The position numbers were made by a program, and so were the translations under genes. Below the pieces are notes generated by a model. The model was not told the DNA's origin and made no database searches. It saw nothing but the letters and a program-made list of their open reading frames with translations. A stretch of DNA of 64,000 nucleotides from a bacterium (lineage in GTDB: Bacteria; Patescibacteriota; Minisyncoccia; Phycocordibacterales; JAUSHB01): contig JAUSHB010000013.1 of the NCBI GenBank assembly GCA_030648955.1, forward strand, positions 12,675-76,674, in the 5' to 3' direction. Below, piece by piece: positions 9,126 to 17,719 of the stretch (the stretch's first letter is position 1; every line of letters starts with the position of its first letter).

Positions 9126-10211
9126 TTATTCGGAGGGACGAAGCGCAAGACCAATTGCTGTCGCATAACTTAAGGAGTCGCCGAATTCGATTTCCGGTAT
9201 ATAACGATCAAAGGTATTAACGTTTACCATTGCATTACCAAGTTCTATTTCTGTCTTCAGGCCCGGTAAAACAAAATCAATAAAGCCCGTGAGGTTTGAA
9301 TCACTCCCGCACATAAATACTTTTTCTACCTTGGGTCTTTTTCCGCCATCTTGATCAAGGTGTGTGTTCCAATATATATAATGTTTATTGATCTCATCTT
9401 TTAAAATCGAAACGGTGGACATGAGTACGAGAAACATTTCCTGTGTTTCTTCGTTTTTCAAGAAACCCTTTTCTTTTTTTATATTTTCTGCCTCTTCTGT
9501 GCTAACTCCAAATTGTTTTTCTATTGCTTTTGTGAGCGAACTTCCTCCAATGTTTAGCGTCGAAGTAAAAACTACTGTTTCTTCACTGACAATCGATATT
9601 CCCGTTTGTGTTTTACCAAAATCTACAATCATATAAGTCCCCTTGTCGCCACGCGGAATAATCGAACGAGCAACGGCTTGAGCTTCAACTTCAAACGCGA
9701 TGGGCATGATGCCGGTATGTTCAAAAATACTGGTGTAACTTTCTGCAACAGTGCGGGGCACAGCAGCAAGGGAAAGTTCCATATGTTCTTTATCTTTGTG
9801 TGAACTATTTACAATATCGTAATCAAATGTCGCGTCCCCCATCGATATGGGAACGTATTCTTCAAGCTGAAGTTCCAGACTCCCTCGGATCTCGCTTTGT
9901 TTCATGGTGAGAACATTAATCGTGAGAAGGTACGATTGCTGTTCAGGTAATGAAACGTTGGCAAAATCAATATTGTGTTCTTGATGTATAGAGGATAAAA
10001 CTTTTTTAAGCTCCTCGGTATTTTTTATTTCTCCCCCTATAATAACTCCGGGAGCAATATTTCGAAATCCGTATTTTCCAATTACAAAACCTTTGCGTGT
10101 TTCAATAATTTCCACAAATCGTATAGCCTGATCCGAAATATCAAACCCAACGGAAGGCATTCTCAAAAATACCGGTGGGGGGAAAAATTTATAGAAAAGA
10201 CTTTTTTTCAT
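9126..10211 (-). CDS. pilM: Type IV pilus assembly protein PilM (actin-like ATPase fold)
   Basis: The sequence GFDISDQAIRFVEI ... MIVDFGKTQTGISIV ... LNIGGSSLTKAIEKQF is PilM/FtsA-like. The start was chosen at MKKSLFYKF. Confidence 0.7.
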   Translation of the reverse strand: MKKSLFYKFFPPPVFLRMPSVGFDISDQAIRFVEIIETRKGFVIGKYGFRNIAPGVIIGGEIKNTEELKKVLSSIHQEHNIDFANVSLPEQQSYLLTINVLTMKQSEIRGSLELQLEEYVPISMGDATFDYDIVNSSHKDKEHMELSLAAVPRTVAESYTSIFEHTGIMPIAFEVEAQAVARSIIPRGDKGTYMIVDFGKTQTGISIVSEETVVFTSTLNIGGSSLTKAIEKQFGVSTEEAENIKKEKGFLKNEETQEMFLVLMSTVSILKDEINKHYIYWNTHLDQDGGKRPKVEKVFMCGSDSNLTGFIDFVLPGLKTEIELGNAMVNVNTFDRYIPEIEFGDSLSYATAIGLALRPSE

Positions 10212-10455
10212 CCTGTAGTAGAAAAAGGCATTGCTCTTATCGAGCAAAATTGCTGCTTAGTGGATAAATAAAAAAACAAATCATTTGTTGTACTATGAAG
10301 AATATTATACCATTGTGGGTTGCTCCAATGCCATTTTTCACCGCAGGATTCATGAAATATTCAACGGTATCCTTGTTCCTCTATAAGTATACGGTGCAAC
10401 AGCATAATGCGCAAAGTAAACTTTCTGCGGAATGCGCACCACAGCGGTGCACGCA

Positions 10456-11058
10456 TCATTTCCCTTTATTTTTTACAAGTTCAATAATAATGGGGATGAA
10501 TGAAACAATGATGATTCCTATGACAATCGGCAGTAGATATCGTTCAACGCCAGGAATAATTGATCCGAGAAAATAACTTGCGGACGTAACGCCAGCACCC
10601 CAGAGAACACCGCCAATAATATTAAATTTCAAAAACGTGCCGTACGGCATCGTCCCCACCCCGGCAAGGATTGGGGTAAATGTGCGCACGATGGGAATAA
10701 AACGCGCAAACACGATTGCTCTTGAGCCGTATTTGAGGTAAAAATTATGGGTACGTTCAAGGTGTTGCTTATGAAAAAAGAAGGAGTCTTCTCGTGTAAA
10801 AATTTTGGGACCAATCTTTGCACCAAACCAATAACCAACATTGTCGCCCAATATCGCGGCGAGAATTATGAGCGGTACAAGTATCCAAATGTTAAGAAAT
10901 CCCTGTGAAGCAACGAGTCCCGCGGTAAAAAGCAAGCTATCGCCCGGCAAAAAGAATCCGAAAAAGAGACCGGATTCTGCAAACACAATAGCGAATATGC
11001 CAAGGTATCCGAATGTTTTTATGAGTGCTATTAAGTCAAAATGTAGAAAATCAAACAT
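10456..11058 (-). CDS. DedA/SNARE-associated family membrane protein
   Basis: The motif FAESGLFFGFFLPGDSLLFTAG ... VFARFIPIVRTFTPILAG is typical of DedA. Confidence 0.8.
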   Translation of the reverse strand: MFDFLHFDLIALIKTFGYLGIFAIVFAESGLFFGFFLPGDSLLFTAGLVASQGFLNIWILVPLIILAAILGDNVGYWFGAKIGPKIFTREDSFFFHKQHLERTHNFYLKYGSRAIVFARFIPIVRTFTPILAGVGTMPYGTFLKFNIIGGVLWGAGVTSASYFLGSIIPGVERYLLPIVIGIIIVSFIPIIIELVKNKGK

Positions 11059-11102
11059 GGCGAGGGAAGTTAGTAAATTAGTAGGTTAGTAAGTTTAAGA
11101 CC

Positions 11103-11534
11103 TTATTTAAGCGGTGTTCCTACGGGAACTTCTTTTGCTGGTTCGACGGTTGTGAAATGTTCCCCTTCTCCAACAGCATAAAGGATCATCCCCTGGCTTT
11201 CGTGTCCTCGAATCACACGTGGCGCAAGATTGGTGAGCACGGGTACTTGTTTCCCCACCAAAACAGACGGGTCAGGATAATGCATTGCGATACCGGAAAG
11301 AATTTGTCGCGGACTTCCTTCTCCGAGGTCAACCGTAAACTTAATGAGCTTATCCGCATCAGGAACTTTCTCCGCGGAAAGAATTTTCCCGATCTTTATT
11401 TTCAGTTTTGCAAAATCTTCAATCGAAACCATCCCAAGGTCTGACCTTGGGGAATTTTTAAGGTCTGCCTGCGCGGTAGACAGGTCAAACCTTTGCTCTT
11501 CAAGTTTTTTATTTTCACCGTCAGTCATGGGCAC
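11103..11534 (-). CDS. tRNA-binding domain protein (Trbp111/CsaA/MetRS C-terminal-like)
   Basis: The sequence IKIGKILSAEKVPDADKLIKFTVDLGEG...RQILSGIA is a tRNA-binding OB fold. Confidence 0.7.
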   Translation of the reverse strand: MPMTDGENKKLEEQRFDLSTAQADLKNSPRSDLGMVSIEDFAKLKIKIGKILSAEKVPDADKLIKFTVDLGEGSPRQILSGIAMHYPDPSVLVGKQVPVLTNLAPRVIRGHESQGMILYAVGEGEHFTTVEPAKEVPVGTPLK

Positions 11535-12541
11535 ATTGTATCATTATTTATTCTCCACGAATACAAAAATTTTTTGATTCCAACAGAGGGATCGTGCGTA
11601 TCCCCGTGAGAGAGGAGCCCGAGGTACGATTCGTACGTCTCCTTCGTTGGGCGTTTCTCTAAACGCCGAAACATCCTGCATTTGGTCGTTGTCCTGAGGA
11701 CCCGATGGTTTGTAAAGTGCACCCAGCCGAGAAAATCAATGCCTGATGCAAATGTCTTTATAAAAACCTTGTCGGGATGGAGAGTGAGCTTGAGTTTTAC
11801 TTCAAGAAATTCGGAAATTTTTGGGATAAGACTTTCAAGATAATTCTTGTCGCCATGCACTACCACAAAATCATCAGCATAGCGAATATAATGCTTCACC
11901 TTGGTCGTATGTTTCATGAACTGATCAAACTCATTCATATAGATATTGACAAGGAGCTGCGACGTAAGGTTGCCAAGCGGTAGACCGATGCCAATTTTGC
12001 CTTCAGTATGAAAACTATCAATAACCTGCCCCAAAAGCCAGAGAATATTTCCGTCTTTGATATGCCGAGCCAAAATATCTTTCAGTATTGCGTGATCTAT
12101 GCTTGCAAAAAATTTTCTGATATCGCACTTCAAAACCCATGCGGTATTCGTATAGTTAGATGAAACTTTCCCGCTATATTCTCTGAATCGGTTGATGGCG
12201 CGGTGCGTACCCTTGCCTAATCTGCAGGAATACGAATCAAAAATAAATTTCCGGTCAAAATAGGTATAAAGGGTGCGGTAAATCGCGTGGTGCACCAACC
12301 GATCACGAACCGTTGCTTTGTGAATATCACGCGGTTTCGGGTCATTGATCTTAAACGCATAATATCCGCCATGTGTGTATATTTTTGCCGCGAGTTCACC
12401 TCGAAGCAGGAACAGATTATCGGCAAAGTTCAATAAAAACTCCGCAACGTCCTTTCGTTTCCGTTTACCGCGCAAAAATTCCTGCCACGAGACAAGCAAA
12501 TTTTCTAGGGAAATGATATCATCATATCCATGGCGCAGCAT
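11525..12541 (-). CDS. Diversity-generating retroelement reverse transcriptase
   Basis: The N-terminus DIISLENLLVSWQEFLRGKR is DGR-RT style. Other RT motifs are DPKPRDIHKATVRDRLVHHAIY, GLPLGNLTSQLLVNIYMNEFD and the active-site YIRYADDFVVV. It is ~339 aa with no maturase or endonuclease domain. The start was set at MLRHGYDD, and the track ORF extends upstream through a (GA)n tract. Confidence 0.85.
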   Translation of the reverse strand: MLRHGYDDIISLENLLVSWQEFLRGKRKRKDVAEFLLNFADNLFLLRGELAAKIYTHGGYYAFKINDPKPRDIHKATVRDRLVHHAIYRTLYTYFDRKFIFDSYSCRLGKGTHRAINRFREYSGKVSSNYTNTAWVLKCDIRKFFASIDHAILKDILARHIKDGNILWLLGQVIDSFHTEGKIGIGLPLGNLTSQLLVNIYMNEFDQFMKHTTKVKHYIRYADDFVVVHGDKNYLESLIPKISEFLEVKLKLTLHPDKVFIKTFASGIDFLGWVHFTNHRVLRTTTKCRMFRRLEKRPTKETYESYLGLLSHGDTHDPSVGIKKFLYSWRINNDTMCP

Positions 12542-12886
12542 TTTCCTCTCTCTCTCTCTCTCTCTCTCGAAAACGCTTCGATCCTTCAGCGCATCAAAGA
12601 GGGATATTTGGTGTGGTTGAAGATTGTCTCGCATATTCCCAAAGGACAACGCTATACGTTAGGCGCTCGTATTGAAAACAAATTTCTTGATCTGCTCGAG
12701 GTTGCACACCAAGCATACTTCATTGAGCGGGAAAAGAAAATGGGGAAAGTCGTGCAGTGCATATTCCTACTCGACACGCTTAAGTTTCTCCTCCATGTCG
12801 GATGGGAAGCAAAACTTATCTCGCACAAACACTACGCCGAAATCGCAGAAAAGCTGGATGAGATCGGCAAAATGCTCGGTGGCTGA
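12530..12886 (+). CDS. avd: Avd-like four-helix-bundle accessory protein of the DGR (IVS-protein family)
   Basis: The motifs GQRYTLGARIENKFLDLLEVAHQAY...KKMGKVVQCIFLLDTLKFLLHVGW...KHYAEIAEKLDEIGKMLGGW match the Avd/23S-IVS protein family. The gene is divergent from the RT and overlaps its start. The true start is uncertain because the ATG at 12530 precedes the (CT)12 tract. Confidence 0.7.
   Translation: MAQHFPLSLSLSLENASILQRIKEGYLVWLKIVSHIPKGQRYTLGARIENKFLDLLEVAHQAYFIEREKKMGKVVQCIFLLDTLKFLLHVGWEAKLISHKHYAEIAEKLDEIGKMLGG
12543..12566. repeat. (CT)12 dinucleotide microsatellite at the RT/avd junction
   Basis: There are 24 bp of perfect CT repeats. On the minus strand they form a GA-rich tract immediately 5' of the RT start codon, and on the plus strand they encode LSLSLSLS in the annotated avd ORF. 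Confidence 0.9.
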
Positions 12887-12949
12887 AAGAAGAATCTGGA
12901 CAATCCTGAAAAGAAAAACCGCACATCATTATGAGTGCGGAAAAGAATG

Positions 12950-13088
12950 ACTTTCGGGAGCAGAAAACAAACTGGTTGTCGGCATTCCACCTGTTCGACG
13001 GCTTCGCGTTGTTCGCATTAAGCTTGAGTTCCACATCGTCGGCATTCAGATTGAACACATTCGGGTTACCATCACCGGTCAGTATTTG
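12950..13088 (-). repeat. DGR template repeat (TR)
   Basis: It is ~139 bp and ~85% identical to 13403-13541. On the coding (minus) strand every one of ~20 TR/VR differences has A in this copy, which is the adenine-mutagenesis signature. The ORFs drawn over it (12816-13220 minus, 12931-13197 plus) are not genes. Confidence 0.85.
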
Positions 13089-13379
13089 TATGCGATGCCA
13101 TCTGAGCCACCGCCAACCTAGCCCGCCAATCGGCGGAAGAGTGTCGACTGTATCGCATTTGAGATCTAAAATCCGCCAGCATCGCACACCAAGTTGATTT
13201 CTTTTTTGGGAAAAACGCATACCCTCTGCAAAAAACCGTAGCCATTTGCACCCTCAATACGCGCCAACTGGAAAGGTTTCGGGAAGCCATAACCGCCCGA
13301 TATGACCAAACCATTTTGAGTATATCAAAAAAATTTTCAAAAAGCGCCAAAGGGCTCAAGTGTCAAAATCACAAAATTC

Positions 13380-15233
13380 CTAAGATTCAGAGGCTTCAAG
13401 TTTCTTGCGGGAGCAGAAAACAAACTGGCTGACGGCATACCACCTGCGCGACGGCCTCGCGCGGTACGCATCAAGCTCGAGTCCCACACCGCCGGCATCC
13501 AGAGAGAACACACTCGGGTAACCATCACTGGTCAGAATTTGCTTCATGGCGATCAGTTTCCAATCCCTGCCCCCATACTGGAGTCGCAGGTACGGTCCGA
13601 TTTCGGCGGGAGCAAGTTCCAGTCCGAGTTTGATCGCTTTGGCGTATATCTCATCCGTCGTGGCGCCCTTAGGAAAATCGAGTTGTGCAACGGTAAATTG
13701 CACTAATTCGTAAGTTTTACTCTCTGTGCTGAATTCCGTTTTGTAGAGAATGTCTTTTCCCCACTCTGACAGATAGATGTTTTTGGCTTTCAGAGATTCT
13801 TCCGCTTTTTCCGGAGAGTTGACCGTAGGGTCGGTTTCCATGTGTCTCATGAATATCTCTTTGTCGGGAAATGATTCATAAAGATGCTTAATGTTCGGAT
13901 ATTGCTTAATGGTTTGGAAAATGGTCGGATTCCATTCGCCAATATACGCTTTTGTGTCATTATTAATCTCCTTCGGCACATGAGCGATCTCCTCTTTCAC
14001 GCATTCAAAGATGACGAGCATGTCTTCCTCCGAATTTCTCCCTTGGCGAAGTTCCTGGATGCGCGGATCGCTCTCATAGCCGAAGCCTTGGATGGGTGAA
14101 TCAATTTCGTAGAGAAAGATAAATTCGTCTTTGGTGAGCGGTTCGTTTTTCTTTGTTTTGTTTTCAATCTGAGTGAGAAGCTTCATGTCTTCGCTTTTCC
14201 TGCGGTACGTGTCCGCCTCACTTCCGAATTCTGCGAGTTTCTCGTCAAGCACTTCCTGCATGAGAGGCTCGACGCTTTGGTGTGGTAAAACGCCTCGTAT
14301 CTGACCGATCTGAGAACCACTCATTTGTATGGCAAGACGGGGATGAGTCGGTTCGCCACTTGCGTCATTGGTATAATAGACATAAAAATCGCCTTGCTTG
14401 ATATAACTGCTAGCTGTCGTCTTACCTTCCACACACCACCCTGTACCCTGACCCTGCATTGATTCAAAAAGGTTCTCTGCGTCCGTATTATTACCCTGTG
14501 CATACTTCATCCACTGTCCGCGAATTTCTTCGCGGTTCTCCATTGAAGCGGCGAGGGACTTTGAGATAAGCTCGGCATAGAGAGCAGGGAACTTTTTTGA
14601 AAATGCTTCTCGAATTTCCGGCTCTTTGAGATTTTTGTTGTCCGCTTTTACTTTTTCGTAAACATCGAGTATTTGCGCAAGCGCTCCCCGATGAATATCC
14701 GGGAATCGTGCCACGGTGGTGCTCGTTCGTTCTTTGAATTTGCCGAGTTCTTTATCAAATTGAGAAAGCTTGGTGATGTTCCGCCAGACGAAATATTTGA
14801 ACCATGTTGGATAGGCAACATCCTCTTCGCTGAGATAATCCGTCCACGCGTCAAGCGAGTGTTTTTGGTCTTCTATCGCCACCTCCATCATCTGCCTGCG
14901 GACATTTTCGGAGATTTCCTCCACGACCTCTCCGCGCTCACGCGCGATGCGCTTTTGAAGCTCAAAGTATGACTCGGGAAAATTCTCACGCTTGATGATG
15001 AGCGCGTCATATATCTTGTCGCGGAACATTTCAAGATTGCGCTCGCGCGTTCGTTCGTCGGGATTGAGAAAGATGTTCTCCAGACGATCCATATACGCTT
15101 CAATCCGCTCCGCAGGGTCGTTGGGTATCTTTTTACCCGTGTGCCGTTCCTCTCGCTCGACAGCATCTTCTACATCGGATGACGTTTGGAGTTCGGGGAG
15201 CTTTTTGTGGAGAAATTCAAAGTCTTCTTTCAT
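13380..15233 (-). CDS. DGR target protein (617 aa, variable C-terminal ligand-binding-type domain, no signal peptide)
   Basis: The VR occupies the last ~45 codons. The N-terminus MKEDFEFLHKKLPELQ has no signal peptide or TM helix. The remaining ~560 aa match nothing I recognise. Confidence 0.8.
   Translation of the reverse strand: MKEDFEFLHKKLPELQTSSDVEDAVEREERHTGKKIPNDPAERIEAYMDRLENIFLNPDERTRERNLEMFRDKIYDALIIKRENFPESYFELQKRIARERGEVVEEISENVRRQMMEVAIEDQKHSLDAWTDYLSEEDVAYPTWFKYFVWRNITKLSQFDKELGKFKERTSTTVARFPDIHRGALAQILDVYEKVKADNKNLKEPEIREAFSKKFPALYAELISKSLAASMENREEIRGQWMKYAQGNNTDAENLFESMQGQGTGWCVEGKTTASSYIKQGDFYVYYTNDASGEPTHPRLAIQMSGSQIGQIRGVLPHQSVEPLMQEVLDEKLAEFGSEADTYRRKSEDMKLLTQIENKTKKNEPLTKDEFIFLYEIDSPIQGFGYESDPRIQELRQGRNSEEDMLVIFECVKEEIAHVPKEINNDTKAYIGEWNPTIFQTIKQYPNIKHLYESFPDKEIFMRHMETDPTVNSPEKAEESLKAKNIYLSEWGKDILYKTEFSTESKTYELVQFTVAQLDFPKGATTDEIYAKAIKLGLELAPAEIGPYLRLQYGGRDWKLIAMKQILTSDGYPSVFSLDAGGVGLELDAYRARPSRRWYAVSQFVFCSRKKLEASES
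13403..13541 (-). repeat. DGR variable repeat (VR) within the 3' end of the target gene
   Basis: It is the counterpart of the TR. It encodes the C-terminus ...ILTSDGYPSVFSLDAGGVGLELDAYRARPSRRWYAVSQFVFCSRKKLEASES, where the TR encodes ...ILTGDGNPNVFNLNADDVELKLNANNAKPSNRWNADNQFVFCSRKSF. Confidence 0.85.
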
Positions 15234-15239
15234 GGTTTA

Positions 15240-15629
15240 TTATTCTTGATTCTTCTTTTTATCCAAATAACTTTGCAAAATGATTGCCGCCGCGGATGCA
15301 TCAATCATCTCTCCCTTCCCTTGCAAATGTTCCGCGGCGGCGGATGTCATGAATTCCCGCTCAAAGTGAACTGGCAAACCCGTGACATCCTCTAACTCCT
15401 TTTTAAACGGAGTTATCTTCTCCATAATAACATTTGGTTTCATTTTGTAATCAAGAGATTCACCGAGAACGATTTCGGCAATATGTTCTTTATCGCAGAG
15501 TTCTTTGATGGCAGGAATAAGTTTTTTGTCGTTGGGGAGAACCGTACGCGGGAAAGCCATACCGCCTTCACTATCTCCAGTCGCGATTCCTACGCGTTTT
15601 GCCCCATAATCAATGCCAAGAAATTTCAT
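15240..15629 (-). CDS. ruvX: Holliday-junction resolvase-like protein YqgF/RuvX
   Basis: The sequence MKFLGIDYGAKRVGIATGD ... AAAIILQSYLD is typical YqgF. Confidence 0.8.
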   Translation of the reverse strand: MKFLGIDYGAKRVGIATGDSEGGMAFPRTVLPNDKKLIPAIKELCDKEHIAEIVLGESLDYKMKPNVIMEKITPFKKELEDVTGLPVHFEREFMTSAAAEHLQGKGEMIDASAAAIILQSYLDKKKNQE

Positions 15630-15631
15630 AT

Positions 15632-16939
15632 TTATGAGGCGAGGTATTCCTTGATAGCCTCCGCAATAATTTCAAACCGCGATTGTAATTTTTTCTTATC
15701 AGATTCGAGAAGCGTGGTGCGGAATCCTTGGTAATTTGAGTTGAACCCCGAGAGCGGCACCACGCAGATACCGCGGGATGCCATAAGATAATATGCGAAT
15801 CGCCGATCAAACGGAATGTTGGTCATTTTTTTCTCAATAGCCTCTTTTGCGCGGCTGTTTGCGATTGAGAGTGTTTGATTTCCGCGGAGCGTCCCATCCT
15901 CAAACACCACCGTCATATAAAACGCGCCGCCGGGTTTTGGCGCAATAATACCAGAAACTTTTTTGAGAGCCGAATAGGCTATCTCGGCGCGCTCTTCGTA
16001 CTCGTGAGATTGCTCTGCAATGTGTTTGGAGTATCGCGGGTCAGAGAAAATTTCAGGAATCACTCGCTGGGGCAGAGTTGTTGAGCACACCTCAAGCATT
16101 TTTGCGTCAACGATTGTTTTTACATATCGAGCGAACATCGGATCTTTGTCTTTGTTGTACACCTCTATCCATCCACACCGCGAACCGGGCCATGGAATTT
16201 CTTTTGAAAGCCCGCGCATGGTTATACCGGGGACATCTCCTAAAACCTTCGCAATGGGAACCATTTTTTCAGGTCCGTAGGTTATGCGTGCATAGATTTC
16301 GTCAGAAATAACAAAGAGTCCGAATTCTTTTGCGATAGCAACGATTTCTCGAAGAACGCGCTCGGGGTACACCATTCCGGTCGGGTTGTCAGGATTGATA
16401 ATGAGAATTCCAGCGATATTGGGATTATATTTTACTTTGTTGCGCAGTTCCTCAAGATCAGGAAGCCAGTTGCGTTTTGGATTAAGTGTGTAGGTAATAT
16501 GCCGCGAGCCTGCGTGCGCTCCTTCTGCTGATGAATGGGTCGGATATGCGGGATTGGGACCGATCACGCGTGCGCTTTTATTGAGGTAGGTATACACTTT
16601 TGAAATCGCATCGCCCAAGCCATTGAAAAAAAGAATGTCTTCTGCGGTGATGTTTGTTCCGTTTTCTTTGTTAGCTTCTTTGGCAAGAAATTCTCGTGTC
16701 GCAAGAAGCCCCTTGGTAGGAGAATAGGCAAAACTTGCATTGTCCTCGCTTACGGTCTTTTTAATAATGTCGCGGATCCACGGAGGAACAGGGTGCCCCT
16801 TGGCGACAGGATCGCCGATATTTTCCCAAACGATCGAAATGCCTAATTTCTCAAGTTCCCGCCCAACCTCAAAGATCTCGCGGATCTCGTACGTCAGTTC
16901 ATCTGCTCCTGCATGGACAATGTTGGTTCGCATTTCCAT
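15632..16939 (-). CDS. Class I/II PLP-dependent aminotransferase (AlaA/AspC-like)
   Basis: The 435-aa product contains the LSKEIPWPGSRCGWIEV Lys-containing motif and aminotransferase fold signatures. Confidence 0.7.
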   Translation of the reverse strand: MEMRTNIVHAGADELTYEIREIFEVGRELEKLGISIVWENIGDPVAKGHPVPPWIRDIIKKTVSEDNASFAYSPTKGLLATREFLAKEANKENGTNITAEDILFFNGLGDAISKVYTYLNKSARVIGPNPAYPTHSSAEGAHAGSRHITYTLNPKRNWLPDLEELRNKVKYNPNIAGILIINPDNPTGMVYPERVLREIVAIAKEFGLFVISDEIYARITYGPEKMVPIAKVLGDVPGITMRGLSKEIPWPGSRCGWIEVYNKDKDPMFARYVKTIVDAKMLEVCSTTLPQRVIPEIFSDPRYSKHIAEQSHEYEERAEIAYSALKKVSGIIAPKPGGAFYMTVVFEDGTLRGNQTLSIANSRAKEAIEKKMTNIPFDRRFAYYLMASRGICVVPLSGFNSNYQGFRTTLLESDKKKLQSRFEIIAEAIKEYLAS

Positions 16940-17060
16940 AGAGTACTACGCGCGATTCAAAAAATCAAAAATTGCAATGCGGCACTTTTCTGGTACTATT
17001 GAGTCACAAATATTTAGGGCTTATCACGACATAATAGTGAGCAATATTTTACAGTAGTGC

Positions 17061-17147
17061 GGAGGAGTGGCAGAGTGGTCGAATGCACCGGTCTTGAAAA
17101 CCGGAATCTGCGAAAGCGGATCGTGAGTTCGAATCTCACCTCCTCCG
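17061..17147 (+). tRNA. tRNA-Ser (anticodon TGA), type II
   Basis: It has acceptor GGAGGAG/CTCCTCC, anticodon stem CCGGT/ACCGG around loop CTTGAAA, a long variable arm and a GTGAGTTCGAATCTCAC T-arm. Confidence 0.8.
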
Positions 17148-17289
17148 CACTGTGGTAAAAAGCGTTTATTAAAAATGTAACCAGTGAGCATGCGAAAACA
17201 CGGAACATGCGCAAGACCTTTTGAGATATTTTTGAGCCGATAAAATCGGTTAAGAAAATATCCAAAAGATGTACTGATTCTGTAAGAAT

Positions 17290-17343
17290 CGAGAAAAATA
17301 GGAGTCTGGGCAACCGGACCGTGAGTTCGAATCTCATCCCCCG
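17290..17343 (+). repeat. Partial duplicate of a tRNA 3' half (pseudo-tRNA fragment)
   Basis: CCGTGAGTTCGAATCTCATCCCCCG copies the T-arm of the upstream tRNA-Ser (17121-17139) but has a different acceptor strand. No matching 5' half is present within ~150 bp upstream of the fragment. Confidence 0.6.
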
Positions 17344-17366
17344 CAATTTTTCCCAATATTGTCTTC

Positions 17367-17600
17367 ATGGAAGAACTACCAAATTTTGAAAATAGAGAAT
17401 CGGTTATTGACGGACTTATCGACACTCTTGCTGAAAAAGAGGGGATGAGACCCGAAGATATAATTTCTGATATTATTACTTTTGCAGAATTATCAGAAAA
17501 AGATAGAGATGTAATTGGCTACTTTGAGGTGGTTGCGGAAAAGATAGGGATTCCCTACGATGAATTGATGGCGTACGCAATCAATAAAGCTAAAGAATAG
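17367..17600 (+). CDS. Hypothetical small acidic protein (77 aa)
   Basis: It is a clean ORF with a plausible start, and I can assign no family. Confidence 0.4.
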   Translation: MEELPNFENRESVIDGLIDTLAEKEGMRPEDIISDIITFAELSEKDRDVIGYFEVVAEKIGIPYDELMAYAINKAKE

Positions 17601-17719
17601 TAACTTTTTTAATTACTAACTTCATGCAGACAAAATTTTTTCAATAATTTGGGCATTTAAAATCTCACCCCCCCCACCGCATTGGGAATTACCGTGAGGA
17701 ACGTTTATAATAAGTACCT

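Noticed and set aside
12816-13220. Track ORFs 12816-13220 (-), 12931-13197 (+) and 13072-13359 (-) overlapping the template repeat
   Set aside because: They encode the untranslated TR copy of the target C-terminus or its antisense. DGR TRs are non-coding templates.
17149-17343. tmRNA or split tRNA downstream of tRNA-Ser
   Set aside because: I found no GGGG-type 5' acceptor partner, tag-peptide reading frame or pseudoknot signatures by eye. A scar or duplicate fragment is more parsimonious.
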